A DNA stretch of 64,000 nucleotides from assembly GCF_006345805.1 (NCBI RefSeq), contig NC_043009.1:6014001-6078000 (forward strand), given 5' to 3'. Positions 1-11,593 of the stretch are shown here, in pieces. Positions within the stretch are counted from its first letter, which is position 1; each line of letters begins with the position of its first letter. This stretch comes from Octopus sinensis. Lineage: Eukaryota. Under the pieces are notes generated by a model. It was not told the DNA's origin. It ran no database searches and worked only from the letters and a program-made list of their open reading frames with translations. A program made the position numbers and the translations under genes.

Positions 1-148
1 CCAGTTTGTATAGTTAGTTGCATTTCTTGTTATTTTTAGCTAGGTTGTGTTTCTTTTTGCTTTGTTCATCTAAAAGATTTTTAAATAATACTAATTTTTT
101 AGTTAATAGCTGTTTTAAATTAATATCGTATAGTCAGTGGTTTTTCAG

Positions 149-285
149 ATGTAACTACGGATAATCATTTTATCGATTGCCAGGTTATTTGTAATAGTAT
201 ATTCTGCATGCATCACGGCACACTTATGAATGAAGAGCGTGCTAGATCCAGTACAGCCCCCGTGAAAATGTTTTGCAACTGCCAG
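149..285 (+). CDS. Candidate internal exon, Cys-rich/EGF-like (DVTTDNHFIDCQVICNSIFCMHHGTLMNEERARSSTAPVKMFCNCQ)
   Basis: Acceptor TTTTTCAG ends at 148; donor CAG|GTAGGT at 286. Open frame in phase 1->0 with C-x4-C-x2-HGT and C-x-C spacing. No linked exon proven. Confidence 0.4.
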
Positions 286-594
286 GTAGGTCTCTAAAAT
301 TAGACCACATTTGAATTCGGCTTCTAAATTTACGTGTTCAAACAATGAAGTAGCAACAAAAATGGTTCAATCGAAAATAGCTCTCCCTCCAAATATATGG
401 ACTTATAACTATATTGATAAATATTGTTATTATGTTTATAAAATAAATATAAGAGAGTGGTCACTATATGGCTCACTCTAGCACCAGTTAATCCAAAAGG
501 TTTCAACCACGAAAATACATGTTTCCCATGAAAGTCAGTACGATTGTTAGCTCACACGGACAGGGCAAATAAAAAATAACAAAAATACAGATTA

Positions 595-676
595 TTTTGG
601 GACAATTGTTTCGCTATTAATGATTAAATGTAATTTTACTTACAAAAAAAATCCATTTGTAGCTCGTCAGCCAAAA
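595..676 (-). ncRNA. Type I hammerhead ribozyme, copy 1
   Basis: Minus strand: TTTTGG CTGACGA GCTA..TAGC GAAAC AATT GTC^CCAAAA. Intact core, 6-bp stem I, minimal stem III with palindromic AATT loop. Confidence 0.88.
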
Positions 677-1128
677 CTATCTGGATGAAATCCACTCAAT
701 CACACGCCAGATTTTACCATAACGATAAATACGCGTGTGGTTCAATTGATTACATCCGACGCTATAATTCAAATGCCCCAACCAACAGCGCGCCAAACTT
801 TCACGGAAAACAAATACAGCATTTAGAAATAAATGCAGCATAATTATAATTAATTAATAAGGGTGAGAGAATTAGATACTAATTTAATAGTATATCTATT
901 CAACACCAGTGGCCTAGTGCTCCGAGAAACCTGGATTGTTATAATATTTTATAACATATTATAATATTTTTACAAAATAAATACAAGAGAGTGGTCACTA
1001 TATGGCTCACTCTAGCACCAGTTAATCCAAAAGGTTTCAACCACGAAAATACATGTTTCCCATGAAAGTCAGTACGATTGTTAGCTCACACGGACAGGGC
1101 AAATAAAAAATAACAAAAATACAGATTA

Positions 1129-1210
1129 TTTTGGGACAATTGTTTCGCTATTATGAATTAAATGTAATTTTACTTACAAAAAAAATCCATTTGTAGCTCG
1201 TCAGCCAAAA
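1129..1210 (-). ncRNA. Type I hammerhead ribozyme, copy 2
   Basis: Same motif 534 bp downstream: TCGTCAG at 1198-1204, GTTTC and GAC at 1135-1137. Confidence 0.88.
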
Positions 1211-2141
1211 CTATCTGGATGAAATCCACTCAATCACACGCCAGATTTTACCATAACGATAAATACGCGTGTGGTTCAATTGATTACATCCGACGCTATA
1301 ATTCAAATGCCCCAACCAACAGCGCGCCAAACTTTCACGGAAAACAATACAGCATTTAGAAATAAATGCAGCATAATTATAATTAATTAATAAGGGTGAG
1401 AGAATTAGATACTAATTTAATAGTATATCTATTCAACACCAAGTGGCCTAGTGCTCCGAGAAACCTGGATTGTTATAATATTTTATAACATATTATAATA
1501 TTTTTACAAAATAAATACAAGAGAGTGGTCACTATATGGCTCACTCTAGCACCAGTTAATCCAAAAGGTTTCAACCACGAAAATACATGTTTCCCATGAA
1601 AGTCAGTACGATTGTTAGCTCACACGGACAGGGCAAATAAAAAATAACAAAAATACAGATTATTTTGGGACAATTGTTTCGCTATTAATGAATTAAATGT
1701 AAAAATTACATTAATTCATTAATAGCGAAACAATTGTCCCAAAATAATCTGTATTTTTGTTATTTTTTATTTGCCCTGTCCGTGTGAGCTAACAATCGTA
1801 CTGACTTTCATGGGAAACATGTATTTTCGTGGTTGAAACCTTTTGGATTAACTGGTGCTAGAGTGAGCCATATAGTGACCACTCTCTTATATTTATTTTG
1901 TAAAAATATTATATGTTATAAAATATTATAACAATCCAGGTTTCTCGGAGCACTAGGCCACTTGGTGTTGAATAGAAATACTATTAAATTAGTATCTAAT
2001 TCTCTCACCCTTATTAATTAATTAGTTATTATGTTTATTATATATATGAGAAATTATCTGAATAATTCGCTTGTTCTGCTTTTGCATGTTTGTTATTTAA
2101 TGTGACAAAGTAGAGTCATATGTACATTTAATATGAGGTAG

Positions 2142-2930
2142 CGAAGGCGGCCAGCTGAAAGAAAGTTTAGCACGCCGGGCGAAATGCTTAGCGGTATTTC
2201 GTCAGTCTTTACGTTCTGAGTTCAAATTCCGCTGAGGTCGACTTTGTCTTTCATCCTTTCCGGGTTGAAAAATCTACGTACCATTTAAGCACTGGGGTCG
2301 ATGTGATCGACTTAATCCCTTTGCTTGTCCTTGTTTGTCCCCTCAATGTTTAGCCCATTGTCGGCAATAAAGATATAAGACTCGTTAGCAAGTCGGGCGA
2401 AATGCGTAGCCGTATTTCGTCTGCCGTTACGTTCTGAGTTCAAATTCCGCCGAGGTAGACTTTGCTTTTCATCATTTCGGGGTCGATGAATTAAAGACCA
2501 GTTACGCACTGGGGTCGATGTAATCGACTTAATCCGTCTGTCTGTCCTTTTTTGTACCTTCTTTGTTTAGCCCCTAGAGGGTAGTCAAGAAATAGGTATT
2601 TCGTCTGTCTTTATGTTCTGAGTCCTAATTCCGCCGGGGTCGCCTTCGTCTTTTATCCTTTTGAGGTCGATTAAATTAAGTACTAGTTGCGTAGTGGGGT
2701 CGATTTAATCGACTGACCCCCTCACCCAAAATTTCGGGCGTTGTGCCAGGAGTGGAGAAAAATATGAGGCAGCGAGCTAAGTCGACGATCTGACAAAACC
2801 GTTAGCACGTCGGGCAAAATGCCTAGTGGCTTTCCTTCCAACCTTACGTTCTGAGTTCAAATGCTGCCGAGGTTGACTTTGCTTTTCATCCCTTCCTGTG
2901 TCGATCTATTCGAATTATTCCCGCCTCCAA
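2142..2930 (+). mobile_element. SINE family A, 3-4 head-to-tail partial units
   Basis: Repeated TTACGTTCTGAGTTCAAATTCCGCCGAGGTCGACTTTGC(C/T)TTTCATCC...ACTGGGGTCGAT; B-box-like GAGTTCAAATTCC; many dispersed copies in the window. Confidence 0.85.
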
Positions 2931-3622
2931 AATTACTGGCCATGAGCCAAAACATGAAATATGAGAATATGATCGTCAATATGAACAGAGTACCACACAT
3001 TATATCTGGTGCGGGTATAGTCGTTTGCATCAATCCTATTATTTCGGCCTAAGGATGATGGAAGTCACTGTGAACCCCAGTGGAATTTAAGCTTAAAAAT
3101 ATAAAGAGAAACTCGTAAAAGTCAAGCAGCTTAACTTGGAAACTCAATCCATACCATCAAAGATATATTAAACGACCGCATAAAATTAATACACACACAC
3201 ACATACACACAAACAAACACATACATATGTAGGTATGTATATGCGTATGTTTGTGTGTGTGCACGAGCGGGTGTGTGTGTTTAATTTTTTTTTCACGGCT
3301 TCCGACAACAAAATAGAAATTTTGACAGGGACGAGATACTCTGGGGGAAAATACTTGTGCCTCAATTACATGAAATCGAACCTAGCAAAACATAGTTTCG
3401 AAACAATGAAAGTCACTGCATACATCCAAAATAATTGGACAAATGGAAAAACTTTTTTCTTTCTGGAGAAATTCCCAGACTTCTCAGGGAGAACCAGAAT
3501 TGTTGATCAATTCCACCGAATACCATCGTGTATGAACGAATACCGTCTAGGTCATCGCAACCTTTGTTGGTTTTGTTTGTTTGTTTGTTGTTGTTGATTT
3601 TTGTTTGAGAAACCATAGACTT

Positions 3623-3653
<31 letters not shown>

Positions 3654-3857
3654 CATCAGTCATGGATTAATAAAATAAAACAGAAATACAATTGATTGCA
3701 CCATACATGGTCGGAATTTTGAAATTGATCCGTCACAAATGTGTCACATCAACATCCTCTGCCCCTCACCTTATTTCTTCCTCTTTCCACATTCCTTTTC
3801 ACACATTCCCTCTCCCAACCTCTCCCCTATCCTTTCCCTGTCTTTCTCAATCTGAAG

Positions 3858-3932
3858 GGAAATCAACGGAACGCAGTCCGTTCCGTTGTCTGCAGCCGCA
3901 GCTGAGTCTATTTTTTAATGTTAAAGCGAACA
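3858..3932 (+). CDS. Weak candidate exon (GKSTERSPFRCLQPQLSLFFNVKAN)
   Basis: Long pyrimidine tract at about 3770-3850, AG at 3856-3857, donor GTAAGC at 3933. No homology evidence. Confidence 0.15.
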
Positions 3933-4464
3933 GTAAGCGCATGAAAATACCCGGTAACTTTTATCATTTATTTGTTTAATTCTATATCTTTTGTTTTTCC
4001 CTTCCTTTTTGTTTGTACACTTTCGATTTTGTATTTTCTGTTGCTGCAGTTATTTTTACAATCATTTATTTATTTTTGTCGTTATTTCTTGTGGAACGTT
4101 AGCATAAAATCTCACACATTTTTCCCATATAACATTAAATCTGTTTTTCCCTCTGCTTGCTGTTTTTATTTTATTTAGTTCTTTGCTGTAACTATATGAC
4201 AGCGATGAAGTACGGTTTGAACTCAGTCCACCTCATCTTCTGTTGAGAGAACCAGCTGTTTGTCATGAGCAACGTGATTGTAATCACAAATTAGCTCACA
4301 TTACTTTTTCCGATTCGTAAGCCTTGGAGGATGAACCGAACTGTGCACTAGGTGTTCCTTTACTACGCGTCTATACATCACATAACTATTTACAGTCAAA
4401 CTTTCATAGACGCACTTCTGTAAATAAATATTGGAAGTCTCTCATAAATTCATAAAATATTATA

Positions 4465-5030
4465 TTGGTTTGTCCGGAAAGTTCGTGTCGACTTTTAAAG
4501 GAAAGAAAAATCTCAATGAGTACTTGCCTTTACATTTTTAATCAACCAAATATGAACCATTTTCTTGAACAATGCGTCTCCATCTTTCCTTTAACTTGAA
4601 AACACCCTCTTCCCAGAACTGAGGTTGTTTCATGGCTAAGCATTCATCAAGGTATCTTCTTACGTCATCCAAGGAATTGAAATATTTACCATTAAGACTA
4701 TTCTGCAGAGACCTGAATAAGTGGAAATCAAAAGGAACAATATCTTGTGAATATGAAGGGTGGAGTAACACATCCCAGCCGAGCTGTAGCAATTTTTGTC
4801 TGGTTCCCAAAGCATCAAGTACCGAAAATGAACTTTCTTATCTTTCATTTTAAAGTGTTACAGAATTAACACAGGTTATAGGAACATAGACCTTCTTCCA
4901 CGAAAAGATAGCTTAAACTGTGCTCTAAATGGAGGTGTAGTCAAATCCTATTTTATGGACTCAACCTTTTTCTAAAATAAATCGAAAGTTAAGCTACTAT
5001 ACATCGGCATGAACTTTCCGGACAACCCAA
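4465..5030 (-). mobile_element. Internally deleted mariner (MITE-like) with transposase C-terminus
   Basis: TIRs TTGG(G/T)TTGTCCGGAAAGTTC; TA at both ends. ORF 4538-4810 has HPSYSQDIVPFDFHLF, matching mariner HPPYSPDLAPSDYHLF. Confidence 0.93.
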
Positions 5031-7763
5031 TACATTTGTATGTACCGTGTAAACTAACCCATCTGTTTTTGACTACTATTCTTTATGTTTGATATAATCT
5101 TGTAATAAGTGTTGATAAATTAAATTATATTCTCTATAAATTAAATTATATTCTCTATACTAAATTATATTCTCTATTTCTGTTAACTTCTAGAATATCA
5201 TAGTAAATGTTACAAAGTGATATATAGAAACTGATATTTAAAAATATGACACATATGCATCAAAAATATATTCCGCATATGCTATACAAGCCTCAATGCC
5301 TTATACAAAAATACTTTATTAGCATTTGAATTGGATAAGAGTAATATGCTGGGTTGGAAAGAAGTGATGTATAAGAATCATAAACTTATGGTTTAGAATT
5401 TGATGCACTTCAGATATAATGCCAAAGTTTCCAAAATATGATGCGCCATCGTTTGTTTGCGACTGATACACGTTTGTTATAAATTTCTTTCAGTTTTTTT
5501 CCATGTTTGAGAATTATATTTTTCACGAGGTAATTCTAGTCGCTTCATGTAGCATACCGAAACGTAATACATATATTTAGAGATAATTAAGGCATCCTTA
5601 AAGTATTTGTATTTTAATAAATTTGATATCACCTTCGTGCATTTATAATTTTTTCTTCGGTCCATTTCCAAATTTATGCTAGTTTAATGACCACTGTCTC
5701 TAGCATACTACCACCATCACCAATGTAGATGAAAGACGATGGGTACAACTGAACATTGTGATCCTTAGTGCTACGGAAGTGTCACTCTCTATTTAGAGAT
5801 TCAAACTGCCGCTTATGCTTAGTGCACAAAGTACAAGGTGACTTTTGGCTTGATAATCTTCATATATGAGTGTGCTGGATCTGTGTCAATGAAGCTGCAA
5901 CGCTAGAACCTGGAGTCTTATCCAGCTGTTCTCCGCTGCTTTTCATTATTTTCGGTTTTTTAACTTTTATCTACAAAAAATATGTTCTGAAGTAACATTT
6001 TTTCAAAATGTGTGAAATAATTTGATCTGCACTGCTTTGTTCTTTGAACACCAACCCATGAATGTCTCATTGCTTTCGTATTGAGTATTTTCTCACCTAT
6101 GACCCTAATGCGCTGCATCTATTTATGTTTCATTCTTGCACTCACTATCTTCTATTAATTTGTCTGGAAGTGGACGATGTTCCTAAGTATAACTTCTGTG
6201 ATACTTGTCTACTCTTTCACGACATAAAGCGTAGTAAGTGTATGCAACATCAATTCGACAGCGTCATCAGTTTTGATGGGATGCCTCGTCTTGTCACTGA
6301 GCTTAAAAAACAGATCCGCTTTTCCTTATGTCCTACAACGGTAGGGCATTTATTGCGCCACATGGCACTCAGTGTTGCTTTTAACTCCTCGACAGAACGC
6401 ATAAATTGAACTCTCATCGGTTTCCAAACAACATCAATAATTAAGTAAATAAATTTAGTCTTGTTTTCGAGCATTGACGTTGTTCTTATCTTATATCCTA
6501 CTTATTCGATATATATATATATATATATATATATCGACACCAATCCATGTCCATCGTTTCCTGATGGCTAATAACCTGATCAATGAAAAGGGAGAAGTAC
6601 TTAGAGATTTTGAATTGATAATGAAATATCACCTGAAATCTAAGATTCAACAATAAAATATGAACATTTGTCACATCAAATCTAACTGGTTTAGACTCAG
6701 AGGAAACGGATACTAGACATATATTAGATCAGTAGTATTTTGCCTACATAATTGACGGCTTATGACAGCCCATCACATGCGATGAGAGTTTCATCAGTTT
6801 TGATGGACTGTCAGTTATCAGAAGTACAAACGTTGAATTATTCCAAAGCGGAATGGCTGTATTTCAACGACATACCCATAAAAATTACCGTACCTGAAGT
6901 TAGTACGCAAGTATTCAGAATTTTCACTTGTATGTATCAAAGTCAAATCACATTCAATGTTAAAGGCAGTTTGTGCTTTAGATTAATAGGAATATGTTTT
7001 ACTCAATTTCGAAGCCGAAAGTTTTCTTATCACCAGATTAGGTTCTTATGTTCTATCCTACAACTATTAACATTAGGCTGATTGTTATAGAAAATAACAA
7101 TACACGTATCTAAAGATATATTACGATTGGGAACTAAGATTTTGAAAGTCGCTTGATTTTAGCGAATGATAATATAGACGAGCGAAATGATATTCGTTTG
7201 AAAATCAAAACAGTATCCCTTGCTCTACGAAGCAAATGCTTTTCAGATTTTTATCGCTCAGACAATGTTGCAGTTATACGCTTACTATTTAGACTCAATT
7301 TATTTTTTTGAATTCCCTGTACAATTCAAAATAAAATAAAGTATTAAAAAATACAAAACAAGATTTCAAGAATAAACATTTTTCATTTCCCGTCTAATGG
7401 ACCCGATGTTACGTAAACGATTTAAATGAACATTTCAAAGATTTTACAAAATATCTTTAGAAATATATACAAAATTATATTAGTTCAACAAAAATATTAC
7501 AAAAATGATTTCAGGAAAAGACTGAAGCTAATTAATTAAAAGAAAAATGCCATTTCAGATCAAATAATATAAGTAGACTCACCAGCTGCCACATATTGCT
7601 AAAGGATATTTATACTGATGAAATATATTTATTTCTGAACTAGACAAATAAAATTAGTTTTAAACAAATATGAAACATTAATGCCTATCAAGACTCTTAA
7701 ATGGCCGTGTTTACCTCAGAAACATTGTTTCACACATATTCACGTAAACAAAACACTAGCTTA

Positions 7764-7768
7764 CACGC

Positions 7769-7840
<72 letters not shown>

Positions 7841-7949
7841 TGTTCGTGTGTGAGTGTGTGTGTGTCTGTGTATATTTATGTATATGTATATAAACATATA
7901 TATATATATATTATATATATATATATATGAATATAAATATATATGCATA

Positions 7950-8037
<88 letters not shown>
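7764..8037. repeat. Compound (TA)n/(TG)n microsatellite
   Basis: Direct inspection. Confidence 0.95.
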
Positions 8038-8039
<2 letters not shown>

Positions 8040-8552
8040 CGGTGGAACTTGAAGTATCTAAATCTCTATTAGAAGATAGAAAACGTCGAAGGTTGCCTGT
8101 GGAATACGAAGCCACATCCGATAATATAAATGGGAAGCGTTCTACCATAGTAGCAATGAAATCCTTCGGGTTTCTCCATCTTAGAAGCTTCGTTCATACC
8201 GGCGATATTGTACAGTGTTTATGTTATAGGTATCTAGAAACTTCTACTGAGAGAAAACTTGAAACTGGAAGTAGGTATAGGTATAGTTTACGGCGTGAAA
8301 ATATTGTTTAAGATTATCTCGGATGGGAAATATCGAAGACGGCTTCACTGCTGTGGAACATTTATTTGATGTCTCTAACATTTTCTAAATAATTCTGATA
8401 TCACTGTGATGCACGTAGTCTTTGGTCACAAGTTGTATTTAATGAGAGGGCAATTCATGCCTGCAAATTCACTCATGAAATTATTTGATACGCGATAAAT
8501 GATTATGTAACGACGTTAAAAACCCAATGTTAGAAGCCCAATGATAGACTTA

Positions 8553-9270
8553 GTTATATTAATGTAGGTTCATGCCATCCCCCTATAGTATTTAAAAATC
8601 TAGTTAAAAACATTAGCAAGAGAATTTCTAACCTCTCTTCCGATAAGGACATTTTTAATAGCGTTGCCCCAGTATATAATAAGGCTCTAAAAGATAGTGG
8701 TATTAGCGAGGCAATAACGTATACACCTGCCACTAGCCCAACAATAAAGAAGAGAAGAAGAGGAGACATAGGAATAGGAAAACCATCTGGTTCACACACC
8801 CCTACTCACCAGAGGTGACCTTCAATATAGGGAAGTATTTCTTAGCACTGACAGATAGACATTTTCCAGTCAACCATATTTACAGGAAGCTCTTCAATAG
8901 ACACAACTTAAAAATCAGTTTCAGCTCAACTACCAATTTTAAAAATATAATCGCACACAACACACAAAAAACACAATGCACAAAACAGCTGTTCATGCAG
9001 GGATAAAAAAAAACTGTGCCCGCTAAATGGAGCTTGCATGTCCGAGACCATCATCTACGAAGCTACTGTGGACTCTATACTCACTAAGGACACGGTTTCG
9101 TCGAAGAAATGCGTGGGCCTTACAGAGAGTAATTTCAAGGCCAGGTTCAATAATCACACCTTGAGCTTTAGGCACTGGGACAAAAGGAAAACGACCAAAT
9201 TATCTAGTCATATATGGTCATTAAAAGATAAAGGTGTCAGTTACAACATCCAGTATACCTTCCACCCTGC
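8553..9270 (+). mobile_element. Penelope-like element fragment: RT C-terminal/linker region and GIY-YIG endonuclease
   Basis: Translation HPPIVFKNLVKNISKRISNLSS..IWFTHPYS..NIGKYFL..HFP..KLFNRHNLKISFS, then CSCR..CPLNGAC..IIYEATV..VGLTESNFKARFNNH..KLSSHIWSLK; frameshifted. Confidence 0.9.
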
Positions 9271-10030
9271 ATTTTTCCCTGTGCGTATATAGACGTGTAT
9301 ATGGAATCCTTTGTGCGCTCGTGTGGATGTGTGCATGTGTGAGGTTTGTGTGTATATAGATGTGTACGTGTGTGCATGCATGCAAGTACGTGCGTATATA
9401 GACTATTTTACTGTCTTTTTACACATTTTCCTGTATTATATTTTAAGACGTTTGTATGATCCTTTTTTGGCGTGCGTGTGTGTGTGCGTATATAGATTGT
9501 GCGGGTATGTACGTATATGGGCGTGTGTGTGTGCGTACATAAGGGTATGTGCGTATATAAACGTAGTTTTCTCTTTGTATACTCCTTTTTTCCCTATTGT
9601 TACCCTTAACCCTGTTTTTTCTTGTGCTTGTGCGTATGTAGACGTACGTATGAACTTTTACGGTTTGCGTGTGTGTGGGGGTGGTGGATGTATATGCATA
9701 TATTTTTGGCGAAGGATGCGAGTGAAGATGTGTACGTTTTTCGAGTGAGAGTGGATGAATGTATGCGTACGCACGTAGGTGTGCGGCTGCACATGTGTAG
9801 GTATGAACGGCGTGCTTACGCGAATACTATAACAGTTTTACCCCGTTACCTTACTTAGCAGTCATTCGAATAGCTCTTTTGTCTTAATAGCGGTCAGTAA
9901 CACAGTAATTTCCCTTTGTATAACGGTGAATTTTCATAGCGTTTTTCTGATGGCCGGATAACCAAAGAGATAGTGGCGTGGATTTCCACCTCGGCATCCG
10001 AAACTCGGAGTTTTATCTTGGCTACCGAAT
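9271..10030. mobile_element. Unclassified repeat, possibly a PLE terminal region, with degenerate GT-rich core
   Basis: Abrupt junction with the GIY-YIG fragment; ends beside an AT/TA tract. Confidence 0.3.
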
Positions 10031-11593
10031 AATTGTCACATATTACATTTATATATATTTATATAAATTAGAAAAAACACATTTTATCAATTCAAAATGA
10101 AGAATTAAATTACACAATCTAGAAAAAATTATATATAATAGAAATATTAAAATCAAAATAACAATGATATACCGATGAATAAGTACATTGCAAAATGATA
10201 ATAAAAACGTATATATTTGGTAGAATAACGACTCGTGTTTCGTGGCTATATTTAAGAAATGATTATAGTAAAAAAATATAGTAGTAGTAAAATCACTTCG
10301 ATATAAATATATCCACTCATCAGGTTGTTCGTTTGATAATTTGTGATTGTTTGCTTCATGAGAGTCTTGCAGAACTTTACGATACTGTATTTACAGTAGC
10401 TGCGTGTCGACCAACATAATGTGAATAGCGTGGGGTTGACAGACGGCGTGTCAGCTCTCTAAATGTCGTATGCCTCTAAGTGAGATGTCCGGCTTGTGTT
10501 ACACATTGGCGTACTTGTACACTACGCTAAAGTTGCACTTGATTGAAATAATAAGTCATTTACAAGATAAGAGAGTCATTGATTAGTTTTTACTTGATCG
10601 AAATCCAGAAAAGTCATCGTCGAATACAACGCAAATCCATTAATCTTGAATCTGTATAAGATGTGTGTATTCATGCTCATATGAACAACCACCAGTTCTT
10701 CACTTTTAAAAGCACATTTATATTGAGAAAAACTGACATTGACAGGGGAAAAAAATTAAATTTATGCAAAATGTGTTAAGCGTAAATTGACTGCTTAGCA
10801 TAACTCTTTTTTCTGTCGTAGCATCAGTTTTTTGATGAGTTGCACAACATGAATATCTGCTAACGAAATATATTGTTATTTTGCGTACTTCAACTACTTG
10901 GCAAATTTCATTAACTGACCGATAAATATTTTGAAAATCTGTTTAATAATATTTATCAAAACCTGCCTAATTTTTAATACTGGAACATATAACAAAATTT
11001 ATTATATAATTGTAAGTCTTTCTCGTTGAATTCTTCAATATAATTTTAATGATCAACGACCGGAATGATACTTGCAGATCTCTTTTTACAGTATCACTAA
11101 TTCTATCACACATACAGTACGTCGTCTAATTGAATTGCAGTAAATATATTTTGAAAATAAGTATTTTAAATTATGTTTATTTAAAATAACATCTTAAATA
11201 AAATATAATTGAGCCGACCTGGAATGTATAACTGAACTTTTGTCGCGAGCGAGACATAGGTTTCAGCAAGTTAAAAACTTAGAACTTTGAAAATAAATAT
11301 GTAGTTTAAAACAGTTTAAATCAATTTGCTCAGAGCAGATTCGATATAATTTATATTTCCCCACACCCAATTCAGGTTATGGACCCAAATTTGTAAGTGC
11401 AACATCGTTTTTGGAAATCTCACTAGAAATATTATTCTGGTGGACATACGTCCATACACCCACCCAAACACACACACACACACACTCACACACACACACA
11501 TATATGTATATATGTATGTATATATATACATATGTGTGTGTGTGTGTGTGTGTGTCTTCACACGGATGTTTTCTTAGACACAGAACAGTGAAC

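Larger units (their letters stand above)
440..2024 (-). mobile_element. Non-autonomous retrozyme-like (PLE-derived) element: 2.4 tandem 534-bp monomers plus inverted 5' arm
   Basis: Units start at 440, 974 and 1508 (period 534). 1704-2024 is the reverse complement of about 1381-1703. Direct repeat GTTATTATGTTTAT at 426-439 and 2025-2038. One HHR per unit; no ORF. Confidence 0.85.

Noticed and set aside
440-2024. Tandem array and palindrome as a CRISPR array or a pure long-read chimera
   Set aside because: No unique spacers and the units are 534 bp. Unique flanks with a 14-bp direct repeat argue for a real insertion, though read support should still be checked.
6263-6800. Minus-strand CTGATGA motifs at about 6263 and 6791
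   Set aside because: No correctly placed stem II, GAAA or cleavage triplet.
9945-10015. HHR-like CTGATGG..ATCC GAAAC TCGGA GTT
   Set aside because: The core deviates (A9 absent, extra bases) and no stem I can form.
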